Below, in pieces: positions 63,905-64,000 of a stretch of DNA of 64,000 nucleotides; positions within the stretch are counted from its first letter, which is position 1, and every line of letters begins with the position of its first letter. The translations under genes were made by a program, and so were the position numbers. This stretch comes from Oscillospiraceae bacterium (lineage in GTDB: Bacteria; Bacillota; Clostridia; Oscillospirales; CAG-272). The DNA is taken from contig SVSP01000002.1 in the NCBI GenBank assembly GCA_015064255.1, positions 127,462 to 191,461 of the forward strand. Direction: 5' to 3'. The notes beneath the pieces are model-generated. The model was not told the origin of the DNA. It did not search any database and saw only the letters and a list, made by a program, of their open reading frames with translations.

Positions 63905-64000
63905 TTAATCCAAAACGAGGTCAAACTGCGAGTTGTAGAGAGCTGCGTAGTTGCCGTTTTTAGCGATAAGCTCGTCGTGACTGCCCTCTTCAAGAATTCT
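63905..64000 (-). CDS. C-terminal fragment of an ABC transporter ATP-binding (exporter-type) protein, truncated by the window edge
   Basis: The reverse strand translates to RILEEGSHDELIAKNGNYAALYNSQFDLVLD-stop, a typical MsbA-like ABC exporter C-terminus. Absent from the ORF track because it is under 60 aa. Confidence 0.65.
   Translation of the reverse strand, partial: RILEEGSHDELIAKNGNYAALYNSQFDLVLD

Noticed and set aside
1-64000. Mobile genetic element, prophage, defence island or toxin-antitoxin content.
   Set aside because: No integrase, transposase, recombinase, phage structural gene, restriction-modification gene, cas gene or small paired toxin/antitoxin ORFs were recognisable. All large ORFs have housekeeping or carbohydrate-metabolism assignments. 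Only the non-coding hairpin elements look mobile.

Overview
Chromosomal, housekeeping-rich window from a moderate-GC Firmicutes/Clostridia-type genome (type-A RNase P RNA, Clostridia-like operon layouts). Gene order, left to right: ATP-grasp protein plus small membrane protein; pepF; TPR membrane protein; GH2 glycosidase; a five-gene biotin-dependent Na+-decarboxylase/carboxyltransferase cluster; TIM-barrel isomerase; CPBP protease pair; rnpB; GH36 alpha-galactosidase; a second TIM-barrel protein; galE; RNase J; a pyrimidine operon (pyrC-carB-pyrK-pyrD-pyrF-PHP-pyrE-pyrB-pyrI, no carA); a complete histidine operon (hisZ-G-D-C-B-H-A-F-IE-K); an aquaporin; an MFS-ddl-prmC-DUF1273 block; recG; xpt plus a BMP-type ABC transporter; glycan-related hydrolases; secG; one tRNA(CAT); an amidohydrolase; an ACP; and the tail of an ABC exporter. 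I recognised no transposase, integrase, cas, toxin or phage genes. The most unusual content is non-coding. A modular hairpin element recurs at 10 or more loci. It consists of hp1 (GC-rich hairpin), the linker aacccg, hp2 (a long palindrome around ctttttgaaaaaag) and a conserved box (cccaaaaactttNctgaaaag). It always sits directly 3' of a gene in that gene's orientation, and reverse-complement units often abut the next start codon. Stems differ between copies by compensatory changes while loops and box stay conserved. Copies punctuate the his operon three times, form a 445-bp hairpin array between carB and pyrK, and in three his genes supply the stop codon or last codons. I do not recognise it as a named repeat family. 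Second in interest is the decarboxylase cluster, which combines 12S-like and 5S-like carboxyltransferases with one biotin carrier and an OadB/OadG membrane module. All calls come from reading the sequence and ORF translations; no database search was possible.
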